Position numbers and translations under genes: made by a program. Shown here piece by piece: positions 18,801 to 27,552 of a stretch of DNA of 64,000 nt. Source of the stretch: a virus; IMG/VR virus record IMGVR_UViG_3300017917_001176, positions 13,052-77,051 of that record; one strand, 5' to 3'. Below the pieces are notes generated by a model. The model did not search any database. It had not been told where the DNA came from and saw only the letters and a program-made list of their open reading frames with translations. Position 1 is the stretch's first letter, and each line of letters opens with the position of its first letter.

Positions 18801-19873
18801 TTGAAGTGATTCTTTCTATAGAAAGTCACTTGGGTGATCTTTTCGCCTTCTTCTGGAAACACTGGAACATTCTTTAGTTCGCGCTCTACACCATCGCAGA
18901 TGTAAAAATGTTTGCATTTCAAGCAGTCCACTTCTTTGCGATAGAATCGTACCCGGTGGTCCGCACAGTGATCGTGTGCAAACTTTAACTTCTCTTCTGT
19001 TGTGTACTCACGGCTTACATCAATCTTGACGCCACGCTCGTCAATGTACATTTCCTTGTTCCAGTCATACAGGTCGTAGATGTGTTGGTATTGATCACAC
19101 ACATACTGTTCGTAACCTTTCATGTAGCAGTAAGGAACATAGCGCACATTGATCAACATGTTCTTGTTCAAGAGGTCAATGCACTTTTTGATGTTGTCTG
19201 TCATGTCCTTGTAGCTGACATTGTCTGTGTCAATCTCCACTTGGTCCCAGTAGTTCAAGGTAATAAAGTTAACTTCCAATGGAGCAATATCATTGATCAG
19301 TTGTGCGTACACATTGTCCAACTGAAAGTAATTCTTGTAATATACTGTGCAGTTGATCCGTACAATCATGCCCAGTTCCTGTGCATTCTTGATACCTTGT
19401 AGAATACGTTTGAAACTGCCTTTGCGATTGGTAATGGCATCATGTGTTTCTGCTGTGCCACCGTGTAGACTGAACAGCACTTCTTTGAGTCCATGTGCTT
19501 GTGATTCTCTCAGGAACTCTATGTTGGCAAATTTGCCGCCATGGCTCAAACAACTCACATGCTCAAATCGTTCGTTACAGTAGTCCAGTATTTCAAACCA
19601 GTCTGGACTCACACTGCTTTCACCGCCGCTGAGATCCACTTGTGTGATCCCGTATGCTTTTAAATAGTCTGCTCGTTGCTTGACCACTTCCACCGGTGTC
19701 TTTACATCCAGCTGATCACGATAGTAACAGAACTCACAATCATAGTTGCAAAAGGTTCCTGTGTCTAGCTTGGCTCGATTACAACGAGGAGTTTGGTAAT
19801 CAATTTCAATGCCGTGCGTACTCAACTCATTCAATGAGTTAGCATTAGCGTTGAGTACTATTGGCATTTTCAT
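18797..19873 (-). CDS. radical SAM enzyme with PYC and C-terminal CxxCx5C motif
   Basis: CNYDCEFC, SGGE, FSLHG..AETHD.IT, VPYC, CLKCKHFYICDG. Confidence 0.9.
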   Translation of the reverse strand: MKMPIVLNANANSLNELSTHGIEIDYQTPRCNRAKLDTGTFCNYDCEFCYYRDQLDVKTPVEVVKQRADYLKAYGITQVDLSGGESSVSPDWFEILDYCNERFEHVSCLSHGGKFANIEFLRESQAHGLKEVLFSLHGGTAETHDAITNRKGSFKRILQGIKNAQELGMIVRINCTVYYKNYFQLDNVYAQLINDIAPLEVNFITLNYWDQVEIDTDNVSYKDMTDNIKKCIDLLNKNMLINVRYVPYCYMKGYEQYVCDQYQHIYDLYDWNKEMYIDERGVKIDVSREYTTEEKLKFAHDHCADHRVRFYRKEVDCLKCKHFYICDGVERELKNVPVFPEEGEKITQVTFYRKNHFK

Positions 19874-20793
19874 AATGCTTTAACCAATTCTAAAAAGTAA
19901 TCATTGTTGGTTAACAACAATGAATTCAGGTCCTGTGCTATTGCACGTTTTCTTGCTTCAATACCAGCGTCCACATAATCAATTTCATACTGCACCTGTT
20001 TGCCAAACACAGCGCATTCTACAATGAACCGAGGACTGCAATCAAATTGATTAGGAATCGCAGTATATATGTAGGTATCAAATCTGTTAAAAATATCCTG
20101 TACAGGCACCTGTGCCAGTGTTACATTGGGTGCAGTCAATGACTGATATAGATCAACATTGTTTGTGAGAATCAAATAGTTCTCGTGCTCTTTTCTATCA
20201 ATGATAGCCTGTATTGTGCGTGGATCCAGTCCACGACAGTTGGTAGTCAGATACAATAGTGCGGTGTTGGTTGCAACTGACTGCGGCTGTTGATACCGAT
20301 TCCATAATATCTTTTTGTTGTAGTCAACCACAGTGATGTCTAGATCGCAGTAGCGTTCGTCATACACATTAAAATCCTGTAACAACCAGGTGTGCTTGAT
20401 TGTTTTGTGTTGATGAAAATAATCAAACTCATATGCTGCACATCTTAATAGTATAACATGATCAGCATAGATTGTGCAAGAATCAAAACGTGGTGCTCCA
20501 TCAACTACACACAGAGCGTGAGTTATAATAACTTTGGGTTGAGCACACTCAATGGTATGAGTTGCAAACTGCTCCAGTTCGGGCTCAGTGAAGTTGTATT
20601 TGTCTTGAATTGCTTGTATCAGTGTTGTTTTGGTTGTACCATCTGATAACAGTATTGCACAGTTGATTTGATTTTGTCTGCACACATGAAAGTAGTCAAT
20701 CATTTCGTACAAATGACCAGACACCCCGTGAGTGTTTTCAAACGAGGTGGTGAAGACTAGATCATATTCTTTCAGTTGAAGGATCTTAGACAC
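19870..20793 (-). CDS. putative GT-B-fold glycosyltransferase-like protein
   Basis: N-terminal HGVSGH loop; C-terminal FDCSPRFIVECAVFGK resembles the GT-B donor-binding E-x7-E region. Confidence 0.45.
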   Translation of the reverse strand: MSKILQLKEYDLVFTTSFENTHGVSGHLYEMIDYFHVCRQNQINCAILLSDGTTKTTLIQAIQDKYNFTEPELEQFATHTIECAQPKVIITHALCVVDGAPRFDSCTIYADHVILLRCAAYEFDYFHQHKTIKHTWLLQDFNVYDERYCDLDITVVDYNKKILWNRYQQPQSVATNTALLYLTTNCRGLDPRTIQAIIDRKEHENYLILTNNVDLYQSLTAPNVTLAQVPVQDIFNRFDTYIYTAIPNQFDCSPRFIVECAVFGKQVQYEIDYVDAGIEARKRAIAQDLNSLLLTNNDYFLELVKAL

Positions 20794-20811
20794 AATGAAC
20801 TTACATTGCTG

Positions 20812-21918
20812 TTAAGCAGTAATTTCAGCGTAGGTTAATGGAGTATATCCTAATTCAGCAAAGATGTCTTTGGGTACGCGAGCAAGATCTTCTACTGTCA
20901 GGTTACCCTTCATTTGCAATGCGCCAGGACGCCATTGCTTTTTAAGAATCAGATCTTCAAGAGTAACATATATTAGATCTGTCATCTCTGGATTCCACTT
21001 GATCTCACCCGGAACATAGTCTTGGAATCTTCTGTTGAATGTGTCTACGTCTGCTGAGGTTGTTGGAGAAATTGGAATATGTACATCCTTCTCCCAGGCT
21101 GTTAGATACTGATTGCCACCTTCATTCATAGTAGGCGGACATTTGATATTACTACCGTTGAAGGTAAATGTTTTATCTCTTAAGATGTCTTCGTATCGTA
21201 CTGTTTGTACTCCAGGAGTATTCTTAAGAATCATTGCATTAAGAATAGAATAGTTCAGCTTGGTAGCATCATCTTCTCTGTTCTGAATTTCACCAGGCGG
21301 TACAGAATTTTCGTAATGGGCAGCAGATTTGGCATGCAATAAAGATACCACTGATGGATTACGAATGATGTTTAGTACCGAAACATTTTGCTCGCCTAGA
21401 TCTTGGCGCAAACGTTCAATAAAGAATCTACCAAACATGCCAGTGATGACTTGCACAGGGTATGTGCGTTTCTCATATTGTTTTAGTATGTGTTCGTAAT
21501 CGTGCGGAGTAGGTATATTGTACGTTAGATTGCGTTCTGGAAATGGTGCATCTACGTCTTTAATAAATCCATGGTCATACCATACGTCTGCAAATACATC
21601 GTAGTAGTGATTGGTACCAGTACCCCGTTGAAATAAGATGTCGCGAATCTTTTTTGCTTTATCAATGATATCAATTCGAGGACTCACGTTTTCAATTGTG
21701 TCTCCAGGAATAGCCAAACCTGCCAATGGATTACCCTCCATGTCAGTGTCTGAGCTTTCGTTTACTACCAGTCGTCCAGCTGGGTCATAGATTTTAAAAT
21801 TATTATCAGTAAAGTCAATGGTATATCCGCCCAGTACAAACGTGTTTAACTGCGCCAGCAGTTGACGGGCGAAAAACATTTTATTTACGGTTTCTGTTCC
21901 GCTTAGGACAACTAGCAT
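20812..21918 (-). CDS. P-loop/sulfotransferase-fold-like protein
   Basis: Degenerate N-terminal VVLSGTETVNK..AR.L, IIRNP and VRYEDIL. Confidence 0.4.
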   Translation of the reverse strand: MLVVLSGTETVNKMFFARQLLAQLNTFVLGGYTIDFTDNNFKIYDPAGRLVVNESSDTDMEGNPLAGLAIPGDTIENVSPRIDIIDKAKKIRDILFQRGTGTNHYYDVFADVWYDHGFIKDVDAPFPERNLTYNIPTPHDYEHILKQYEKRTYPVQVITGMFGRFFIERLRQDLGEQNVSVLNIIRNPSVVSLLHAKSAAHYENSVPPGEIQNREDDATKLNYSILNAMILKNTPGVQTVRYEDILRDKTFTFNGSNIKCPPTMNEGGNQYLTAWEKDVHIPISPTTSADVDTFNRRFQDYVPGEIKWNPEMTDLIYVTLEDLILKKQWRPGALQMKGNLTVEDLARVPKDIFAELGYTPLTYAEITA

Positions 21919-21920
21919 CC

Positions 21921-22322
21921 TTATCTCCTTAGGTACTCTTCTACTATGCTATTTACGCCGGCTTGATCATTATGATCTGCCAGTCTCTGTAGTTTAGTAA
22001 TAATATCTTGGTACTCTTGCTTTTTGTGTTCAATCTTTTTCATATTGTCAGCAAGAGTAATATAACGCTCTAGGTCAATGATCAGACTTTCGTCGCCCGA
22101 TTCGATAACTTTGATATAGCATTCTTCTCTGTTGTTATCGGTAATAAAAATACCTTTGCTGGCAAACTTGTTGTTCAATTGCATAAACGAAACAAAATCA
22201 AGCAAAGTAAAAATTAACAGCTCATCACCCATGATTCCACGAGCTTTGACTTTGACCGCTACTGCTGCTTTGCCTGCATAGGTGGTGCCATCAATTCCTT
22301 CTATTTCTTTTACTTCTTTCAT
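21921..22322 (-). CDS. small accessory protein downstream of the Cys-repeat protein
   Basis: 133-aa helical ORF, 1 nt from the neighbouring gene. Confidence 0.65.
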   Translation of the reverse strand: MKEVKEIEGIDGTTYAGKAAVAVKVKARGIMGDELLIFTLLDFVSFMQLNNKFASKGIFITDNNREECYIKVIESGDESLIIDLERYITLADNMKKIEHKKQEYQDIITKLQRLADHNDQAGVNSIVEEYLRR

Positions 22323-22323
22323 G

Positions 22324-22974
22324 TTATCCTTCGATCATGTTCACTGGTAGTTGAGAATAGTCAACAAAGTAATACCCACCGCGGTCGGTACCAAGTGCTG
22401 ACTCATATTTTGTTCCAAGTAGTTCTTGTGCAATTACACCAATATACTTTTTGTCTTTGTTCCACTTGTAGGTATATGAATACACATTCAAGTCACCTTC
22501 TGTACGCAGGAACTCAACATTGTCTTTTAGACGTTGGTCACTGTAGTTACAGTTACAGGTACAAGCATAGTTACAGTTACAGGTACAGTAGTTACAGTTA
22601 CAGGTACAGTAGTTACAGTTACACAAACACACTGCGCCAGCAGTTTTAACTTTCTGAATCATTGCATTAATATTAGCAGCGTACACAATACCATCTACGG
22701 CAACGTTGGTAAATCCTGCTGCGTATGGATAACTGCCAGTGGACAAATTTCCCTGCATGAGATTCAAATGTCTAGCAAGGATGTTTCCATCTGTGTACAC
22801 TGTTTGTACTGCTCTTGCGGCATTACCTCTGCGAGCAAGTTCAGAGTTTACAATTCCGGCCAACTCTGCCATCTTAGATGCTAGTACCCTGCTGTCAACT
22901 GCTGCATTAGCTGTTGTGTAGGTTACTGCATCGTTGATTGCAGTTCCACCTTGTTGTTCTGGTCCAATTGGCAT
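22324..22974 (-). CDS. Cys-repeat protein with C-terminal S74-type intramolecular chaperone; candidate radical SAM substrate / fibre protein
   Basis: CLCNCNYCTCNCNYCTCNCNYACTCNCNY immediately followed by SDQRLK..V, VYSYTYK, GVIAQEL and VDYSQL. Confidence 0.85.
   Translation of the reverse strand: MPIGPEQQGGTAINDAVTYTTANAAVDSRVLASKMAELAGIVNSELARRGNAARAVQTVYTDGNILARHLNLMQGNLSTGSYPYAAGFTNVAVDGIVYAANINAMIQKVKTAGAVCLCNCNYCTCNCNYCTCNCNYACTCNCNYSDQRLKDNVEFLRTEGDLNVYSYTYKWNKDKKYIGVIAQELLGTKYESALGTDRGGYYFVDYSQLPVNMIEG
22543..22629 (-). repeat. coding tandem repeat, 4 x 21 nt (one 3-nt insertion)
   Basis: Plus-strand unit gtagttacagttacaggtaca encodes CTCNCNY on the minus strand. Confidence 0.95.
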
Positions 22975-22986
22975 TTCTATTTCCTT

Positions 22987-23370
22987 TTAAATTTCTTTTT
23001 TAAGAAAATCTAAACTGTCAGCTGCTTTGGTCTGCGCTAAAAACTTTTCGTAGTCGTCTAGATCTGATGTAATAAATTCCAAGGTGGCTGCGTCTGGCAC
23101 TTTAGTACTCAAAATTTCAGTTTCGGTCTGCAAGGAATTGGTTAGAATATGACTGACCAATTGCTCTAGGTCGTATCCCAGTGCCTTGGACACAAAGTCA
23201 ACCTGCTGTGTGAGATCCACTGTTTCGCGTTTGCCAGCTTCTGCAACTGCTTGAATGGTATTCACTGTGATGCCAAATCCTTCTAGTAGCAGCGCACCAA
23301 CAGTTGGATCCTCATCGCTGATCTCTTTGATAAGTGCATAAATTTGTTCGATTTTTTCAACGATAGTCAT
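22987..23370 (-). CDS. small acidic accessory protein
   Basis: 127-aa ORF between the Cys-repeat gene and a radical SAM gene. Confidence 0.65.
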   Translation of the reverse strand: MTIVEKIEQIYALIKEISDEDPTVGALLLEGFGITVNTIQAVAEAGKRETVDLTQQVDFVSKALGYDLEQLVSHILTNSLQTETEILSTKVPDAATLEFITSDLDDYEKFLAQTKAADSLDFLKKEI

Positions 23371-24266
23371 GTTAGTTCCTTGTCTTTAAAGTCATGAAAT
23401 TTTGGAGAGTTTTCGTAATTCTCGTACGTTGTGACATTACCTTCGTCCGTATAATACGTTTTGAGCTCTTTTCTTTCACCACAACCACTGCACATGTCGC
23501 AGAAAAGCTCGCAAACAGGCGTGGATATAGTCTTATTTATCCAGTCCTGACGCAGCAGCTTTTTTGCATCTTGCAGCTTTTGCATGTCTTCGGGCTGTAG
23601 TGTGCTCCAGGCCACGCTGGTGATCAGGCGCCCTGGGCGGAATGTTTTAATAACACGAGTCATGTCTTCATACAGGTGATTTATGTTGCCCTGCTGTATG
23701 GTATATCTAATGCGGAATTTTACTCCGTTTTTTAACAGATTGCGAAACACCTGTATCATCATAGGAGTGGACTCTGTTCCAGCATGTGTTACTCTGTCCT
23801 GATTACCAATACCGTCAAAACTAACATCAATGCTCAACAGTCCACGCTGGTAGAAAAACGTGTTTTTAACTTCGTCAATAAACCGCTGACTTAGGAATTT
23901 GATGCCATTGGTTTCCAAATTAAAATGCACATTGTTCTTTTTATTGTATGCGTATTCCATTGCATAGCACACGTTCTCCCATTCCAATGTGGCTTCGCCG
24001 CCAAACAGTACAATCAATGTTTGGTTATCTGGATTTTCTCTAGCCAGTATCGAATCAATGGAGTCTCGTATGTTTTGCTTTGATAGTATCTGCGGAGGCC
24101 GACCTGGCAAATCCTCGTAGCAGTAGGTACACGCCAAATTGCACTTGTTGGTAAAGTATAGAACATTAACGCCAGATCCTGCGGGTGTAGGAAGATCTGT
24201 TTTATCGCCTACATAAAAGTTTAGGCCAGGGTTCGCACCAACAAAGGATCCAACAATCTGACTCAT
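23367..24266 (-). CDS. radical SAM enzyme, peptide-maturase-like, short C-terminal Cys cluster
   Basis: CNLACTYC, FGGE, TNG, SFDG, CELFCDMCSGC. Confidence 0.9.
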   Translation of the reverse strand: MSQIVGSFVGANPGLNFYVGDKTDLPTPAGSGVNVLYFTNKCNLACTYCYEDLPGRPPQILSKQNIRDSIDSILARENPDNQTLIVLFGGEATLEWENVCYAMEYAYNKKNNVHFNLETNGIKFLSQRFIDEVKNTFFYQRGLLSIDVSFDGIGNQDRVTHAGTESTPMMIQVFRNLLKNGVKFRIRYTIQQGNINHLYEDMTRVIKTFRPGRLITSVAWSTLQPEDMQKLQDAKKLLRQDWINKTISTPVCELFCDMCSGCGERKELKTYYTDEGNVTTYENYENSPKFHDFKDKELT

Positions 24267-24583
24267 TGTATAATCATCTTATGTTTGTTTTTGTATCGCT
24301 CTTCTTCACGCATGGCTTTTGCTTGTTTGATTATATGACTCATGTTTTCTAAAAAACGCACATAGTCATATTTGTAGTCAAACAGATGTCCACGCTCGTC
24401 GAGTTCAAAGCCAACATACTGACTGTCTACCTTGGCTTTACCTTTACGTGCTTCATCAATCTGCGCTTGTAACTCTTCTGTGGTTAACACTCGATTGCTT
24501 GCATGCTCAACAGGCTGCATCTCAACCTTGATAGGTACAGCAATAATACTCTTAAAAGATTTTTTTGGTTTTAGTTCCGACAT
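24263..24583 (-). CDS. small accessory protein
   Basis: 106-aa ORF coupled between two radical SAM genes. Confidence 0.6.
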   Translation of the reverse strand: MSELKPKKSFKSIIAVPIKVEMQPVEHASNRVLTTEELQAQIDEARKGKAKVDSQYVGFELDERGHLFDYKYDYVRFLENMSHIIKQAKAMREEERYKNKHKMIIQ

Positions 24584-25695
24584 TCCACACCCTCGTTTTC
24601 TACACCAACGTTTTCAATGTAATGCAATATCAAGTCTTGGAACAATGGTTCATCGCGGCATTCTTCAACCACACGCATGGCCTGTTCATAATAGATATGA
24701 AACAGTTCGCAGATACTGTCCAATGGCTTGTTATCATTCATAACCTGACTATAGGTACAGCCTGCATTACATACCTGCTTGAGATCGCAAGGCTCGCACT
24801 TGTCATAGCTGCCTGGATTGAAAATCTTTTGATAGTACTTGAAGTCGTATGCTTCGTCCATCTTCATGATCTTCTTGCTGGCAAAACGAGCACAGGGATA
24901 AAACTCTCCTGAACTCATTAGCACACCGCCATTGGTTCCTGCGAAGCAACCAAACTGTCGCTTGCCTTTGACCAAGCCGTATAGAATATCTAGTATGGCC
25001 AATCTTAAAAATCCAACACTGCACGGAACGCCTTCTTTGATCTTCTTGATCCAGAATGTTGCTAGACGTTCGCATTCATAGCGGAATTCAACAATGTCTT
25101 CTCTGGTCCATACGTCATCTCTTACGATAGAGAAGTCAGGATGCTCGATGCCCCAGCTTAATAGGAACTCAAAGTTCTCTACCATGTCCTTGGTGTTGCC
25201 AGGCCAAATCATCACCTTGCATCCGTTGGTAAGACCAGTGATCAATTCCTTCTTGTAATTGTACATGTCCAGAATACCGTCAAACAGTTCACCTGTTTCT
25301 GGATTGGTATTTTCCAACAGCGGCAACAAAGGTCGTGTTTCGTTAGAGCTCATACCGTCAAAGCTCCAACTAACACCCACACCGTTTTCTCTAAGATAAG
25401 TGGCTTTTTCCTCATCAATCATGGTGAGGTTGGTAATGATGTTAATACCCTTACACTTTTTGTCTGCTCTGAGTTTAGGTACTGCATGTTTGATCAAATC
25501 AAAGTTCAACAGCGGCTCGCCACCAAAGAAACTCACGTGATACTCTGCATCACCTGATCGTAACATCAGCTTGTGCAGATCCACTAGACCTTTGTCAAAT
25601 ATTTCGTTGGTCATCCAAGTAGGACGGTTGGCCACATAACAATACGGGCAACCTAAATTACATTTTTCTGTTACGCTTACTTCTAGAGTGAACAT
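24571..25695 (-). CDS. radical SAM/SPASM peptide-maturase-like enzyme
   Basis: CNLGCPYC, FFGGEPLL, SFDG; SPASM CFAG..G.FYPC..CEPC....CNAGC...C. Confidence 0.92.
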   Translation of the reverse strand: MFTLEVSVTEKCNLGCPYCYVANRPTWMTNEIFDKGLVDLHKLMLRSGDAEYHVSFFGGEPLLNFDLIKHAVPKLRADKKCKGINIITNLTMIDEEKATYLRENGVGVSWSFDGMSSNETRPLLPLLENTNPETGELFDGILDMYNYKKELITGLTNGCKVMIWPGNTKDMVENFEFLLSWGIEHPDFSIVRDDVWTREDIVEFRYECERLATFWIKKIKEGVPCSVGFLRLAILDILYGLVKGKRQFGCFAGTNGGVLMSSGEFYPCARFASKKIMKMDEAYDFKYYQKIFNPGSYDKCEPCDLKQVCNAGCTYSQVMNDNKPLDSICELFHIYYEQAMRVVEECRDEPLFQDLILHYIENVGVENEGVECRN

Positions 25696-26789
25696 TGCTC
25701 TGCCTCAAATTTAATCACTGGCTTTTTATAACTCTTGAGTGCAGTACGCAGTGCATGATGAACGATCTCATTGCTTTTGAATACTTTGCAAACCTGCCAG
25801 TTACTGGTGTGGTCGCTCCACTTCTCAAGGTATGTATCTTTCTCAGACTTTTCATATGTGGCTGCATTACATTTCATACAGAACTGACTGTCGCAGCTAA
25901 TACAGTCCAGCGGCTGATTCTTCAGCGCATCTCTGTACATGTCTGTTTTTTCTTTAATCAGTGCATCTAGGTCTGGTGCCTTAAAGATGTTGCCAATCAC
26001 GTGTGCATGAGATTCTTTGTACATACAACCGTGGCAAGGACTGATATCGCCATTCAAGTCTACGCTGATATAGTTGATACCAGATGCACACAAGGCACGA
26101 CTTTGTGTGAACCAACCAAACTTTTCCGGAGGCAGTTTGTTTACATAGATGTACTTGGCAATCTTGGTCAAGCCTTCTTTAAGCACTTCCAGGCGCGGCA
26201 TGAACTCTTCTTCAGTTAACTGTGAGTACATGTCGGGTGTTGGAAAGTAGTTTTCGTCTAGTTCAATTACATCAAGAAACGCTTCGTAGATCAAATGAAA
26301 GTGTTCTGCTGTGAGTACGCTTTTCATGCGCACGTTCAAGCCTGCTTGCTTGGCAGCAAGGTAGTTTGATTTAACCAATGTAGAACTTGGATTGCCTGCC
26401 TTGTCAATACGAGTAATATCGTTTACTGGCTTGCCATCATAGCTGACCTGAATATTCAAACGATTTGGCATAGCTTCGTGCAAACGCACTAGATCCTTAA
26501 GATACTTTTTCAAGTATACGCCATTGGTGTAAAAGAAAAAGCTGTAGTTGGTGTCGTCTTTGTATTTCTCCATTACGCCACGGCAGAAGTCATAGTTAAC
26601 AAATGGCTCGCCGCCCCAGAAGTAAATATCCTTCTTGGGATCGCTGATTTTGTTCATGAACTCTTCGATGTTTTCCAAGGTTACTTCTGTGTTTTCCTCG
26701 TATGCTGTGCTCAGACCGCACTCAAATCCTTCTGAACAGTAGGTGCAAGCTAGATTGCAAGTACTGGTTACATTAATATCAATTACCAT
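25683..26789 (-). CDS. radical SAM/SPASM peptide-maturase-like enzyme
   Basis: CNLACTYC, WGGEP, TNG, SYDG; CASG..GDISPCHGC..CISC...CMKC...C. Confidence 0.92.
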   Translation of the reverse strand: MVIDINVTSTCNLACTYCSEGFECGLSTAYEENTEVTLENIEEFMNKISDPKKDIYFWGGEPFVNYDFCRGVMEKYKDDTNYSFFFYTNGVYLKKYLKDLVRLHEAMPNRLNIQVSYDGKPVNDITRIDKAGNPSSTLVKSNYLAAKQAGLNVRMKSVLTAEHFHLIYEAFLDVIELDENYFPTPDMYSQLTEEEFMPRLEVLKEGLTKIAKYIYVNKLPPEKFGWFTQSRALCASGINYISVDLNGDISPCHGCMYKESHAHVIGNIFKAPDLDALIKEKTDMYRDALKNQPLDCISCDSQFCMKCNAATYEKSEKDTYLEKWSDHTSNWQVCKVFKSNEIVHHALRTALKSYKKPVIKFEAEQCSL

Positions 26790-27516
26790 TTCTATACCCT
26801 TTGTTAAGTTCTAATACGGTGTCCAACAATGCTAGTTTGTATTTATGGGTTAAAGCCTGCGTGTCTTTGGGCAAGCAAGGGCCGCCAAATCCTCGCTGGC
26901 CGTCTGGCCCAGGAACTGCAAAGTGATGTGAACCCATCCACGGATGCGTGGACAAAATCTCTGCCGCAGTAGCATAATCTGCACCCATATCCTGGGCAAC
27001 ATCATAAATGGAATTCATGTATGTTACTTTGAGCGCATAGAATGTATTCATTGTGTATTTTATAAGAGATGCCGTGGGAATGTCAACCAAATAACAGTTT
27101 GATGTGTCCACAGTTGATTCTCTAGCATACAGATCCAGCAGCTCTTGCCCACGCCGGCCGCCAATGATCAGGTATTCTGGATTAACAAAATCCTCTAGAG
27201 AAGTGCTGCGAGTTAAAAACTCTGGGTTGTACAGCACATCAAACCCTGCGAGATGCTCTGGCAGCACTGTGCTTTTGACCACCACTAGACCTGTGTAGTT
27301 GGAGTCTTTGATTTCTTGTAAAACTGATTTGAGCAGTGCGTAGTCTGTGCCATCCGAGGGTGTAGGAACGCACACAAAGATTGCATCCAGCTCCATTTTG
27401 CAAAGGTGCTTGACGCTTACTGTGTTATATTTAGGGTCTGAGTAAAATACTTGAGTTTTGGAAAAGCCGTGTTTGACGGCTCTTCCAACCATGCCGTAGC
27501 CAATAATTCCGATCAT
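26779..27516 (-). CDS. ugd: UDP-glucose/GDP-mannose 6-dehydrogenase (short form)
   Basis: GYGMVG, CVPTP, KST, NPEFL, KY..N.F.A.K, GFGGPCLPKD. Confidence 0.88.
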   Translation of the reverse strand: MIGIIGYGMVGRAVKHGFSKTQVFYSDPKYNTVSVKHLCKMELDAIFVCVPTPSDGTDYALLKSVLQEIKDSNYTGLVVVKSTVLPEHLAGFDVLYNPEFLTRSTSLEDFVNPEYLIIGGRRGQELLDLYARESTVDTSNCYLVDIPTASLIKYTMNTFYALKVTYMNSIYDVAQDMGADYATAAEILSTHPWMGSHHFAVPGPDGQRGFGGPCLPKDTQALTHKYKLALLDTVLELNKGYRNGN

Positions 27517-27521
27517 AACAA

Positions 27522-27527
27522 TATGTA
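27522..27527 (-). promoter_or_regulatory. variant late-promoter box TACATA
   Basis: 5 nt before the ugd ATG, the same spacing as three TAAATA boxes elsewhere. Confidence 0.45.
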
Positions 27528-27546
27528 TGCGGCGCTAGGGCCGCAT
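27527..27546 (-). terminator. GC-rich hairpin after the fibre gene (weak terminator or stability element)
   Basis: ATGCGGC-6 nt loop-GCCGCAT perfect 7-bp stem; no clear U-tract. Confidence 0.45.
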
Positions 27547-27552
27547 CCAATA

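Noticed and set aside
22543-22629. Tandem repeat as a CRISPR array
   Set aside because: Units are contiguous 21-mers with no spacers and are in-frame coding; no cas genes are present
22395-22884. Alternative-frame ORFs with VTVTGT or SYSYRY repeats
   Set aside because: Shadows of the Cys repeat; only the 216-aa frame has an RBS, operon fit and a recognisable domain
11851-26789. Radical SAM genes as a 7-deazaguanine pathway or RNR activase
   Set aside because: No folE, queC, queD, dpdA or nrdD in the window; auxiliary Cys clusters and late context fit better with protein or glycan tailoring. DNA modification is not formally excluded
5085-27516. Bacterial chromosome segment or assembly chimera
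   Set aside because: Gene run is continuous with tail genes, shares promoter boxes, contains an S74 protein, and shows no integrase, transposase or junction
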